DNA of 64,000 bases from Bacteroidia bacterium (GTDB lineage: Bacteria; Bacteroidota; Bacteroidia; B-17B0; Aurantibacillaceae), in NCBI GenBank assembly GCA_022841465.1, contig JALHRL010000003.1, forward strand, positions 91,571 to 155,570. Direction: 5' to 3'. The position numbers were made by a program, and so were the translations under genes. This document shows positions 1-9,552 of this stretch, one piece after another; within the stretch, counting starts at the first letter, position 1, and each line of letters opens with the position of its first letter. The notes beneath the pieces were generated by a model that worked only from the letters and a program-made list of their open reading frames with translations, was not told where the DNA came from and searched no databases.

Positions 1-242
1 CTGCATTGGGCGGTGCAGCAAAGGTATTAGGTGTTTCAGGATACTGTAGAATAGATGCTTTTGTGCGCGTTTACGATAATGATAGAGCGGAAGTAATATT
101 TATAGAAGTTAACTCATTACCGGGCATGACTCCGGCTACTTGTATATTTCATCAGGCAGCCATAAACAATTACAAACCCTATGAGTTTATTGATAAAATT
201 CTTGACTTTGGCGTTAAGCGCAAAGAACTTATTTCTGCTTAG
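1..242 (+). CDS. ddl: D-alanine--D-alanine ligase-like ATP-grasp enzyme, C-terminal fragment (5' end lies outside the window)
   Basis: The ORF is open to the left edge. The C-terminal segment IEVNSLPGMTPATCIFHQA matches the E-x-N-T/S-x-PGMT ATP-grasp motif of Ddl. Stop TAG at 240-242. Confidence 0.6.
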   Translation, partial: ALGGAAKVLGVSGYCRIDAFVRVYDNDRAEVIFIEVNSLPGMTPATCIFHQAAINNYKPYEFIDKILDFGVKRKELISA

Positions 243-2444
243 TTAAAATTTTGCTCCAATACTAAAGAAAACTGTTCTGCCATTGCCCGGCATTAAACCA
301 GGCCCTGGGTAGCCGCCTGCTCTGCGTGTAAAATAATTTACATTAGCCAGGTTGTTTACACCTGCTTTAATATTGTAATTCTTCATAAAGCCACAGGTAA
401 TTGAAGCATCCATAATAGTGTATGCAGGAATTTTTCCGATTATAGCGGTTGCATTTGGCTTCTCTGTATTCAAAGCATCCGTGTATACCGCGTCAATATG
501 ATTCAGTTGAAAAGTAGCCGAAATTGTTTTGTAAATATAGGTAACACCATAACGTTGCGTTTGCTGAGGCACATACTCCACTTTTTTACCAACCAATGTT
601 TTTTGGGGATCGTTCACTATCGCAGGATTATCCCAGCGCGTATATTCCGCATCTATGTATGAGTAAGAGGCGTATAAATTAAGGTGACCAAATTTACCGT
701 TTCCAGTTATTAGTCCTAATATATCCACTTCTAGATAAGATTCCAATCCTTTACTAAGGCTGGCTCCTATGTTTGTTCTGAAAGGAGCTCCGTTTTGTGT
801 GATAGTACCTATACGGTTATTATAAAGCAAATAAAATCCTCCAATATCGAAACTAATAAAGTTCTTTATAGTACCTCTGAATCCACCATCAATATTATAT
901 CCAAAAGCATCTTTTAAATTTGGATCAATAACATCGGTGGTACCTGATGGTGTTAACTCAGAAAAGGTTACTGGGCGATAATTCTGTGTAAAATTGGCAT
1001 ATACATTGGTGTGTTCTGATGTTTTAAATTCAAGTCCAGTACCTAACAATAATAACTGACGGCCTCTACTTTCTGTTGTAATTTTATTTTCATTACCTGC
1101 AGTAATTCGATAATAACCTTCTCCCCTGTTGTCGATAATTTCATAACGTGCACCGGGAGTAATTGATAAGCGTTTACCAATTTTAAAAAGATGCTCTGCA
1201 AAAACAGAGTAATTATCTGTGTAAAAGGTAAGATCACGTCCCCAGGTAGGATTCGTAACATTCAAATCAAGATCAAATCCTGTTGTTCCTCTTCCCAATT
1301 GTCGGCGTCCAAGCTCCCCCTTATAAACGCGCAAGCCGATAGAAATAGACTGCTTTTGTCCAAACATTTGATAAGATTGAAGATATCTCACCTCACCACC
1401 ATAGTTCTTATAACTATCTCTGTCTACCTGGCGGGGGTTATAAGACTTTATAGTATTATTAAAGGTATCCGCTACATTAACAGGCGCAACAAATCCAACG
1501 CTGTTTCGCTCAGCTACCACTCCAAAAAACTTTGCTGTTAAGTATGAATTTTCACTAATATTATAGTCAAAAGTTATAGATGCAACATTCCAAGGGACAT
1601 TCATCCAGTTTCTGTTTCTGCTAGATTCACGTGAATCTTTTTCAAACTGAATATCTGTAAGTCCGCCCGGTTGCTTACTATTATAACCCATCCTTGTATA
1701 ATCTGCACTTAGCCGCATTTTACTAGAAATCGAATATGTGATAGAGGCATAACCGCTATTAATTTCGTAATTATTGTTTTTTCTCCAACCGTCAGCACTG
1801 CGGTGGTGCATATAAGCGTAATAAGAAACTTTTTTGTATGTTCCACCAATTCCATTGTAAGAGTTAAATAAACCGTAACCTCCTATAGTTTGCTGCGATT
1901 CAAAACTGATTGGTTTATTTGGATCACCTTTTTTCATTACATAATTCAACAAACCTCCAAATTGAGGACCATATTGCAATGCCCCTGCACCTCTAACTAT
2001 TTCTATTCGTTCAACTGCTTCCAAAGGCGGCGTGTAATATGCCTCAGGATAACCAAATACTTCAGCGCTTATATCAGCACCATTTTGACGAGTATTAAAT
2101 TCCCAGCTTCTGTTAGGGCTTAAACCTCGTGTTGCAATGCCTACTTGAATCCCAGAACCATCGTTTTCCCAAACTGTAACACCGGGTACCTTGCCAAAAA
2201 CCTGTCGCGAATTGTTGATTGAAAGATCAGCATCAATATTTCCCAATTTTATGACCTCATTCTTTTTTCCCGAAAAAATAATTCCATTTTGAATTTCAGG
2301 TAAACGCTCAATTTCATTTTTTGTTGGCTTAACATACAATTCAATTTCCTTTAAATTATACGTTTTAACTGAATCAATATTTTGTGATTTTATTTCAGAA
2401 ATAAAAATTTGAACTAATAATATTATTGAGAAAATTCTTTTCAT
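243..2444 (-). CDS. TonB-dependent outer-membrane receptor
   Basis: 733 aa with signal peptide MKRIFSIILLVQIFISEIKSQ. Plug-type motifs VPGVTVWENDGSG and IEIVRGAGALQYG, a long beta-strand-rich barrel region, and terminal aromatic residue (...IGAKF). Confidence 0.85.
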   Translation of the reverse strand: MKRIFSIILLVQIFISEIKSQNIDSVKTYNLKEIELYVKPTKNEIERLPEIQNGIIFSGKKNEVIKLGNIDADLSINNSRQVFGKVPGVTVWENDGSGIQVGIATRGLSPNRSWEFNTRQNGADISAEVFGYPEAYYTPPLEAVERIEIVRGAGALQYGPQFGGLLNYVMKKGDPNKPISFESQQTIGGYGLFNSYNGIGGTYKKVSYYAYMHHRSADGWRKNNNYEINSGYASITYSISSKMRLSADYTRMGYNSKQPGGLTDIQFEKDSRESSRNRNWMNVPWNVASITFDYNISENSYLTAKFFGVVAERNSVGFVAPVNVADTFNNTIKSYNPRQVDRDSYKNYGGEVRYLQSYQMFGQKQSISIGLRVYKGELGRRQLGRGTTGFDLDLNVTNPTWGRDLTFYTDNYSVFAEHLFKIGKRLSITPGARYEIIDNRGEGYYRITAGNENKITTESRGRQLLLLGTGLEFKTSEHTNVYANFTQNYRPVTFSELTPSGTTDVIDPNLKDAFGYNIDGGFRGTIKNFISFDIGGFYLLYNNRIGTITQNGAPFRTNIGASLSKGLESYLEVDILGLITGNGKFGHLNLYASYSYIDAEYTRWDNPAIVNDPQKTLVGKKVEYVPQQTQRYGVTYIYKTISATFQLNHIDAVYTDALNTEKPNATAIIGKIPAYTIMDASITCGFMKNYNIKAGVNNLANVNYFTRRAGGYPGPGLMPGNGRTVFFSIGAKF

Positions 2445-2629
2445 TGCATTTGTATTTTAACGGTACAAATGTGTTACTATTCATAAGCATACACAATACC
2501 ACAAACAAGGTATCGTGTTTTTTAAACAATGTAACTAATTGATTAACTACATTTTATAAAAAGAGAGGGCTTCAAAAATACCGTAAAAACAGTAGGTAAA
2601 TAATTTAATAAAATGGGGGTAACAGTTGC

Positions 2630-4552
2630 TTAATACTCTTGATATTCCCAGGCCGATTTGTAAAAGCTTTTACTTTCGCAATATTCTATAAATTTTTTGT
2701 AGAATTCGTTATTACCAATGGTGGCACTATCACCAATTACTACTAATTTTTTTCTGGCGCGTGTTAAGGCTACATTCATTCTTCGCAAATCATTTAAAAA
2801 ACCAATTTCCAAATTATCGTTACTACGTACAAAACTTATATAAATTACATCGCGCTCTTCGCCTTGAAAACCATCTACTGTTTTAATGTGTAAGGCAGAA
2901 ACTTTGGTCATGTTTAATTCATAATTACTTATATTTTCACGCAACCACTCCATTTGTTCTTTATAAGGAGAAATAATACCAATAGAAATATTGGAAGCGT
3001 TTTCATAAACCGAATAGCTATCCAATAAAATCCTTAAATGATTAAACAGTAAATTTCCTTCTTTGGGGTTAGAAAAACTTAAGGATTCAGGGTTTTGAAT
3101 TTCACTAAAATCACAACCCGCAGTATCTATAAACTCAATTGTTTTGTTGCAAATATCGTTATCGTCGTTAATTAATTTTTCATTGGCAACCGATTCATCC
3201 GCAATTAATTCATTTCCGTAAAACACCTCGTTACTAAAAGCCATTATTGCTTCATTCATTCTATATTGTCTGTTCAGCAATACAACAGCTTCCTTTTTCT
3301 TCATACACCTATCTAACATGGTAATTCCCAAACCTTCGGCTGCTGCCTTTTTACTTTTTACAACGGGTGGCAATTGACAATTGTCTCCACATAAAATTAC
3401 TCGATTACATTTTGTAAGCGGTATCCAAACCATAGGCTCCAGTGCTTGCGATGCTTCGTCGAAAAATAAAGTATTAAACGTTTTCTTTTGCAATAATTTA
3501 TTGGCGCTAACAACGGGGGTGCAACAAATTACCTGAACTTCCTTTAATAAATCATCGGTAATATAGTCTTCTAATAAACGCGCTTCTTTTAAACAATTTC
3601 TTGCTTCTGCGTAAAATGCTGCACGCTGCTGTGCATCTTCCTTACCAAAAACGCGCTTGTATTTACTTGCCATTCTAAAATATTCTTCGGCATTTTTCCG
3701 CAAGTTTTTTATGTCTTTGTAATAGGGAGATTTTGTAACTCTTCCATCTAAACTGGTGCTTAATAAATCTTCAGAAATGCGTGCTGGATGCCCTAATCTT
3801 AAAACACGAACACCAATACCGTTTAATTTTTCACATAACAAATCTACAGCAGTATTTGTTGGCGCACAAACCAACACTTGTTTTTCACTTTGCAATGTAA
3901 TTCGCACCGCTTCTACCAAAGTGGTAGTTTTTCCGGTTCCGGGCGGACCATGCACCACACCAAAATCGTTTACGTTTAAAATAAATTCAACTGCTTTGTT
4001 TTGCGATTGATTTAAATGAGTAATTACAGTATCTAATTTTTTATTTTCAAATGTGAGTTGTTCTGTTCCTTCAATTATTTCTCTTAATTCTTCTAACCGG
4101 CAATTTCGGGCTTTAATAACTATGTCTAAAGCCTTTTGCATTTCGTTGTAGGAATTTTCATCAAACTGAGTGTTAATTCCTAACTTCCCGTCGTAAGCCC
4201 AGTCAGGAAGTTCTTCCGATGGAAAAATGATTTTAATGGTGTTTTTATTGAGTGCTTTTACTACACCCTGAAACTCCTGAATTTCATTACCTGCGTTTGA
4301 AAATAAAGAAACATTTTTACCAACAGATAATTGATGGGGCATATCAAAATGAGAAGTTCGTTCTAACTCTACATGCAAAAAATCGCCATAACCCAGTTCT
4401 TCATTATTAATTTTTACGGGATACCAGGTTAAACCGTTTTTTCTTCTTACATCAATGCTTGCTTTTAAAAATTGTTCGCGATAAATTTTATAATCTTCAT
4501 CACGTTCAATTTGCAATAAATTTTTTAGCTGAGTTAATCGATTACTTTGCAT
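2630..4552 (-). CDS. SF1B helicase, Upf1/IGHMBP2 (DNA2/NAM7)-like
   Basis: 640 aa. Walker A GPPGTGKTTT, motif II FFDEASQALE, CGDNCQLPPV, TVDGFQGEERDVIY and NVALTRARKKLVVIG. The N-terminal ~180 aa resembles the beta-barrel accessory domain of this family. Confidence 0.8.
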   Translation of the reverse strand: MQSNRLTQLKNLLQIERDEDYKIYREQFLKASIDVRRKNGLTWYPVKINNEELGYGDFLHVELERTSHFDMPHQLSVGKNVSLFSNAGNEIQEFQGVVKALNKNTIKIIFPSEELPDWAYDGKLGINTQFDENSYNEMQKALDIVIKARNCRLEELREIIEGTEQLTFENKKLDTVITHLNQSQNKAVEFILNVNDFGVVHGPPGTGKTTTLVEAVRITLQSEKQVLVCAPTNTAVDLLCEKLNGIGVRVLRLGHPARISEDLLSTSLDGRVTKSPYYKDIKNLRKNAEEYFRMASKYKRVFGKEDAQQRAAFYAEARNCLKEARLLEDYITDDLLKEVQVICCTPVVSANKLLQKKTFNTLFFDEASQALEPMVWIPLTKCNRVILCGDNCQLPPVVKSKKAAAEGLGITMLDRCMKKKEAVVLLNRQYRMNEAIMAFSNEVFYGNELIADESVANEKLINDDNDICNKTIEFIDTAGCDFSEIQNPESLSFSNPKEGNLLFNHLRILLDSYSVYENASNISIGIISPYKEQMEWLRENISNYELNMTKVSALHIKTVDGFQGEERDVIYISFVRSNDNLEIGFLNDLRRMNVALTRARKKLVVIGDSATIGNNEFYKKFIEYCESKSFYKSAWEYQEY

Positions 4553-4557
4553 ATCGA

Positions 4558-5439
4558 TTAATCTTTTAATTCAGCACGAAGCTGAGCACTTGTTTTCCGG
4601 CTTCCATCGTGGCTCCAACCGGGCGGACCAAAAACATACATGAATTTGTCTTTTAAAGAAGTTTTCTTTTTTAGATCATTAAAAATATTTACCCATTCAT
4701 GAAATACCATTTTACCCGGGTTAAAAGAATTAATATTACTGGTTAAACCGTATTTAACCGGATCTTTATCTTCTTCTTTTTGAAAGGTGCCAAATAATTT
4801 ATCCCAAATAATTAAAACCATTCCCATATTTTTATCCAGGTATCGTGCGTTGCTGGCATGGTGAACGCGGTGGTGAGAAGGGGTTACCATAAAATATTCT
4901 AAAAAACCCAATTTACCTACTGTTTGTGTGTGAACCAAAATTCCAAAAATTTGGGTTGCACTGTATATAAACATAATATCTATTCCTTTAAAGCCTAAAA
5001 AACTTAATGGAATAAAATAAATAAATCGGTACAATGGTTGAAATACGGAAGAACGAAAACCCACCGTTAAATTATATTCTTCGCTATTATGATGAGTTAC
5101 ATGCACTGCCCAAAAGAAGCGGCAGTAATGATCGATGCGATGTAACCAATAGTACATAAAATCTTCTGTTAAAAATAACAAAGTCCAATACACATAAACA
5201 TTTGTATATGATTCTACCAAACGATACTGAAAAAAATAATTTAATACAAACAAACAAGCTGTTCGCATTAAAAAATCTAAACCCATGTTTAAAGCCGTTA
5301 AATAAACATTAGATAATGTGCCTTTAGTTGAATACAGTTCGCGATGGTGCTTGTGAGAATAATACATCTCCAAACCAATAACAATTGCATAAATAGGTGT
5401 GGTGGTATATATTAAAATTAATTCTCGAAATTGTTCCAT
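4558..5439 (-). CDS. Fatty acid hydroxylase / sterol desaturase family membrane protein
   Basis: 293 aa, multi-pass hydrophobic. Three histidine boxes: HRIDH, HVTHH and HHRVHH. Start lies 5 nt downstream of the helicase stop. Confidence 0.8.
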   Translation of the reverse strand: MEQFRELILIYTTTPIYAIVIGLEMYYSHKHHRELYSTKGTLSNVYLTALNMGLDFLMRTACLFVLNYFFQYRLVESYTNVYVYWTLLFLTEDFMYYWLHRIDHYCRFFWAVHVTHHNSEEYNLTVGFRSSVFQPLYRFIYFIPLSFLGFKGIDIMFIYSATQIFGILVHTQTVGKLGFLEYFMVTPSHHRVHHASNARYLDKNMGMVLIIWDKLFGTFQKEEDKDPVKYGLTSNINSFNPGKMVFHEWVNIFNDLKKKTSLKDKFMYVFGPPGWSHDGSRKTSAQLRAELKD

Positions 5440-5487
5440 ATAAGAAACAAAAATACTACTTAGTATCTTCCTAAAAAATGATTTTTA

Positions 5488-8400
5488 TTAATACTGTAAC
5501 TGTACAAATCCTTTAAACGATTTACCTTCGCTATCATTTAAATTTAAAATAAAATAATACGTACCCACAGGTAATTTCCCTTTAGAAGTCCCTTTAAAAT
5601 TAGCACTTCCATCCCAACTATTATCATAATTAGATTTGCTGTAAACCAAATTACCCCAGCGATTATAAATTTCTAAATTACTGTTTGGATATCGTTCAAT
5701 TCCTTTTACTTCAAACGTTTCGTTTTTACCGTCTCCATTTGGCGTTATCAATTCCGGAATAATTCCCAAACCACTTTCTGTAATTTCTATAGTGCGTGTT
5801 ACGGTTGCAAAACAGCCATCAGCATTTTGAATTACCAAAGTTACAGTATAAATACCTGCAGAAGTATAATTAGCGTTTCCATTTGCAGCCGTTCCGTTAG
5901 TGCCATTTCCGAAATTCCATAAATTAGAACTATTGTTCACACTGGTATTTGTAAAATTTATGCTAACCGGCGCAATTCCTCCGCTAGGTGAAAAAATAAA
6001 ATCAGGATTTAAAGTTGATTGAACAATGCTTATGGTTGCATCTGCTAATCCACAAATATTTGCATTGGAAACGGTGTAAATTCCTCCAGCAGAAACTACC
6101 TCCACATTTGTTGTGTTGGTACTTGAGCTCCACGTATACGTTGCAGATGATTGATTTCCTGAGGCAGTTAACGTTGCCGATTCACCCGGACAAATTAAAT
6201 TTACATTTGATGAAACACTAACAGTTGGTGCAATTAAAAAAGCTACATTAATTGTTTCTGTGGTTGCACCGCAAGAGTTAGTTCCTACAACCGAATATAT
6301 TCCGGCTGTTGTGGTAGTGAATATTGGGCTGCTTAAACCTGTTGACCAAGAATAAGTACTGGCAGTTCCGCTTGCCGTTATCGTTGCAGTTTCACCACTA
6401 CAAAAATTTCCGCTTGTTAAGCTAATACTTGGAGCTGGTCCATTTAAAACAGAGAAAGTAGAAATCCCATTTCCGCATTCGTTGGTAATAGTTGCAGTAT
6501 AAATTCCTGTGTTTGTAACAGTAATAGCGGTAGTATTTGTTGCCCCTGTACTCCAATCAAAAGTTCCGGTTCCACTAGCTGTTAATGTAACGCTACCGCC
6601 ACTGCAAATAGTGTTAGAAGAAGCTGCAATATTAAAAAAGGTTCCTGGTCCTTCGCCTAAACTTATTGAATAAACAGCACTACCACAAGGGTTTGTTAAT
6701 GTTGCTGTATAAACGCCACTGGTATTTACATTTATGGTTGGTGTGTTGTTTGCACCTGTACTCCAATTTACTGTTCCCGTACTTCCTGATGTATTTAAAG
6801 TAACTGTGCCGTTATTACATATTAACGAAGCAGAAGGTACAATTGAAAAAGTAGGACCGGAACCAACAATAACAGTAGCAGATTGAACTGCTGTACCACA
6901 TTGATTAGTAACCGTTACATTATATACACCTGCAATTGCCGTTGTAATTACACTGGTGGTTGCGCCCGTACTCCATGAGTATGTTCCTGAAGATGCAGTT
7001 GCAATTACCGTTGCTATTTGAGCTCCGCAAATATTAAAGGTATTTGCATTTAAGCTTAAACTTGGAGTATTAAATACGATAACACTTGCTGTTTCTGTAT
7101 CAACGCAACCAGGACCGGCTGTTCCGGTAACCGTATAAATTGTTGTTGACGTAGGTGAAACCGCAATGCTGGCTGTAGTAGGCCCTGTGTTCCAAGAGTA
7201 AGTTGCGGCACCACTTGCTGTTAATGTTGCGCTTCCTCCATTACATAACGTAGTAGAGTTTACCGCTACTGTAGGCGTTGAAACAATGTTTACGGTAGCT
7301 GTTACTGCGTTGGAACAAATTCCACTGGTACCTGTTACCGTATAAATAGTGGTGGTAGTTGGAGAAACCGCTATAGATGCAGATGTTGGCCCTGTATTCC
7401 ACGAATACGTTCCTGCACCACTTGCTGTTAATGTTACACTTCCTCCTGAACAAATGGTGCCTGAATTAACTGCAACAGTAGGGTTATTTAATACATTAAT
7501 GGTTGAAGTTGTATTTGCTAAACAAGCACCGTTACTTCCTGTAACCGTAAATACAACTGTTGCTGTTGGTGTTTGAACAATACTTGTTGAATTAGAACCG
7601 GTGCTCCAAGTATAGGTACTTGCACCCGAAACGGTAAGTGTTGTTGTTTGTCCGCTACAAATTGTTGGTGAATTAACTGCAAGTGTTGGCCCGTTTGTAA
7701 CAGTAATTAATGCAGGTATTCTATAATTTCCATTACACATTCCAACATAAACAGTATACGTTCCGGGTGTTGTAATTGTGCTTGTTGTAAAAACGGCGCC
7801 CGTACCTAATTGAGTAGCTCCTGTATTATTAGAAAACCAAAAAAAACTTGCAGAAGGATTATTGGATGTTGCTGTTAAACTTGCAACAGCATTTGTACAA
7901 ATAGATGCATTGGTAACAGATAAGGTGTATTCAGGTATTAAAGTTGTTGCGGTAGTTCCAACACCACCACTTGTTGCACCATTGGGAGGGAAATGATTAT
8001 CAATTAAACAGGTTTCTGTACCTGAAATGTATTGTACTATTCCATTTGTGCCGCCTAATACAGAATTAGTAACAGCTGCCGGAGTTGTAACAATAACACC
8101 ACCTCCACCGCCGCCACCAGGACCGTATGCCATAGTAGCTGAACCGGTAATGTGCCCTGATTTCATTTGTTGATTACCGCCATTGCCTCCGTTTGCAGAA
8201 AGGGTTACAGTTGTAATTGACCCTAAACATTTAATTTTTATTGCGCCACCACCACCACCACCACCTGCAGCATCTCGTCCGTTACAGTTGTTTAATGGAG
8301 GATTTCCGGTAGTGTTAGAATTTGCTCCATTTTCTCCATTTGCAACAATTAAACCGGCTCCTGAAATATTTCCGTAAGAAATAATATTTATTATTCCGCC

Positions 8401-9543
8401 GCCATGTCCGCCCCTGCCTCCATAATTATTATCATGATCACCGGCTCCACCGCCTCCACCAATGAAAATTCTACCTGAAGAATAATCCAAAGGTCTCCCG
8501 CCTAAGCCGCCTTGCACCCTTCTATTATCAGCGCTCCACGCCCCATTCCCCGGTGCAGTAACTGTTGGGTTGCTGTTTGATTGAGAAAAGGTGTATCCGC
8601 CTCTTCCTCCACCAGATGAAACAACTGTTGCTAATCCTGCTGCTTCTAAATTCCATGCAGTAACATAACCGGCCAAAGAAATGTTAGGAACACCAAAGCC
8701 ATTTGTATAACTAGTAGCCACGCCTCCATTTGCACCACCGCCGCCGCCGCCATTAACAGTTGAGCCTCCTCCGCCTCCATTTGCAACTGCACCTTTACCA
8801 AATTTTCCGGCAAACACAATTCCATACAATGTAGTATCACCAACAATGCTTTCTCCTTTGCAGGCTCCTTCATTTTTATTCATGTGTCCCCATGCACCTC
8901 CACCAAACGAAGAAATAGTTTTTGCAGTAACCATTCCTCCTCTAAATCCTAATGCAGAGGCATTAATTGCACCACCTGAATTTATAATTGTATTTCCTAA
9001 AACTTCAATTGCAATTACTCCTCCGGTAGTTCCGTTCCAAGCGGGACAAGTAACTGTCCCCCCTGAATTTATAGTTAATGAATTGTAGCGAGGTACTCTT
9101 ATTACCTGCACTTTTCCAGCACCGGTATAATTATTTTGTAAAGAACAATCAATATTAATTGTATTTCCTGTTACTGAAAATACTTGTGCAAACTCGTTGT
9201 TACCGCTGTTATTATAGGCAGTAATAGTTCCGTAAGTAAAATCGGAAGGTTGCGAATTATTGGGATTAATTGCTTCCGGAAAACAGTTTACAGTAGCGCC
9301 TTGTACTTGTATAATGTAAATTAAATCGCCGGGAGCAAAACCGGTTGAGTTAACAACAGGAATAACTGAAGAACCCGCAGCCACATTTGTGGTAGGCGGC
9401 AAAGAGGTATAAACATTAACAACAGAGGAACTTGAAATGGAAGCATTACCATCTTTACCTTGTTGAGCAAACATTAACCCGTTAATTAATAAGGAGAGTA
9501 ATCCCGAAAAAAGGATTTTTATTTTTATATCTTTAGTGCACAT
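5488..9543 (-). CDS. Giant secreted surface protein: Gly-rich beta-helix-like N-terminal region, about 10 Ig-like modules, a PKD-like domain and a T9SS type B (gliding-associated, CHU_C-like) C-terminal domain
   Basis: 1351 aa with signal peptide ending GLMFAQQ. Poly-Gly runs (GGGGGSTVNGGGGGGANGG, AAGGGGGGGAIKIK, GPGGGGGGGVIV). Repeated CxGxxxTLTASGAxxYxWSTG modules. WNFGNGTNG PKD-like motif. C-terminus ITPNGDGKNETFEV...IYNRWGNLVY...WDG...LPVGTYYF. Confidence 0.85.
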   Translation of the reverse strand: MCTKDIKIKILFSGLLSLLINGLMFAQQGKDGNASISSSSVVNVYTSLPPTTNVAAGSSVIPVVNSTGFAPGDLIYIIQVQGATVNCFPEAINPNNSQPSDFTYGTITAYNNSGNNEFAQVFSVTGNTINIDCSLQNNYTGAGKVQVIRVPRYNSLTINSGGTVTCPAWNGTTGGVIAIEVLGNTIINSGGAINASALGFRGGMVTAKTISSFGGGAWGHMNKNEGACKGESIVGDTTLYGIVFAGKFGKGAVANGGGGGSTVNGGGGGGANGGVATSYTNGFGVPNISLAGYVTAWNLEAAGLATVVSSGGGRGGYTFSQSNSNPTVTAPGNGAWSADNRRVQGGLGGRPLDYSSGRIFIGGGGGAGDHDNNYGGRGGHGGGIINIISYGNISGAGLIVANGENGANSNTTGNPPLNNCNGRDAAGGGGGGGAIKIKCLGSITTVTLSANGGNGGNQQMKSGHITGSATMAYGPGGGGGGGVIVTTPAAVTNSVLGGTNGIVQYISGTETCLIDNHFPPNGATSGGVGTTATTLIPEYTLSVTNASICTNAVASLTATSNNPSASFFWFSNNTGATQLGTGAVFTTSTITTPGTYTVYVGMCNGNYRIPALITVTNGPTLAVNSPTICSGQTTTLTVSGASTYTWSTGSNSTSIVQTPTATVVFTVTGSNGACLANTTSTINVLNNPTVAVNSGTICSGGSVTLTASGAGTYSWNTGPTSASIAVSPTTTTIYTVTGTSGICSNAVTATVNIVSTPTVAVNSTTLCNGGSATLTASGAATYSWNTGPTTASIAVSPTSTTIYTVTGTAGPGCVDTETASVIVFNTPSLSLNANTFNICGAQIATVIATASSGTYSWSTGATTSVITTAIAGVYNVTVTNQCGTAVQSATVIVGSGPTFSIVPSASLICNNGTVTLNTSGSTGTVNWSTGANNTPTINVNTSGVYTATLTNPCGSAVYSISLGEGPGTFFNIAASSNTICSGGSVTLTASGTGTFDWSTGATNTTAITVTNTGIYTATITNECGNGISTFSVLNGPAPSISLTSGNFCSGETATITASGTASTYSWSTGLSSPIFTTTTAGIYSVVGTNSCGATTETINVAFLIAPTVSVSSNVNLICPGESATLTASGNQSSATYTWSSSTNTTNVEVVSAGGIYTVSNANICGLADATISIVQSTLNPDFIFSPSGGIAPVSINFTNTSVNNSSNLWNFGNGTNGTAANGNANYTSAGIYTVTLVIQNADGCFATVTRTIEITESGLGIIPELITPNGDGKNETFEVKGIERYPNSNLEIYNRWGNLVYSKSNYDNSWDGSANFKGTSKGKLPVGTYYFILNLNDSEGKSFKGFVQLQY
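6006..7911 (-). repeat. Coding tandem array of ~70-aa Ig-like modules inside the adhesin gene. The two most similar copies lie at about 7070-7495.
   Basis: The protein repeats VAVNSGTICSGGSVTLTASGAGTYSWNTGPTSASIAVSPTTTTIYTVTGT and VAVNSTTLCNGGSATLTASGAATYSWNTGPTTASIAVSPTSTTIYTVTGT are adjacent. Their DNA is also visibly similar, e.g. a shared gcaccacttgctgttaatgtt. Confidence 0.8.
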
Positions 9544-9552
9544 GTTATCTGA

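Noticed and set aside
1191-1541. 116-aa plus-strand ORF, plus 72-aa and 77-aa ORFs, inside the TonB-dependent receptor gene
   Set aside because: They are antisense or alternative-frame shadows within a 733-aa gene that has clear plug and barrel features.
2491-2523. Hairpin acacaatacc-acaaacaa-ggtatcgtgt followed by T5 on the plus strand, upstream of the TonB-dependent receptor. Considered as a terminator or riboswitch element.
   Set aside because: No plus-strand gene ends nearby for it to terminate. On the minus strand (the receptor leader) it is preceded by an A-run rather than followed by a U-run. I could not recognise any cobalamin, TPP or other riboswitch core in 2445-2629. It may still be a leader structure, but the evidence is too thin.
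6006-7911. Regularly spaced repeats that could superficially resemble a CRISPR-like or tandem-repeat locus
   Set aside because: The repeats are ~210 nt, diverged, in-frame, and encode Ig-like protein modules within one continuous ORF. There is no short direct repeat and spacer organisation.
8183-8377. Plus-strand ORF with a poly-proline run (PPPPPPPP), plus other plus-strand ORFs (6015-6221, 7349-7576, 8846-9088) inside the adhesin locus
   Set aside because: They are antisense shadows of Gly/Thr/Ala-rich coding sequence (GGN codons read as NCC). They have no independent start context and are fully contained in a much longer, well-supported ORF.
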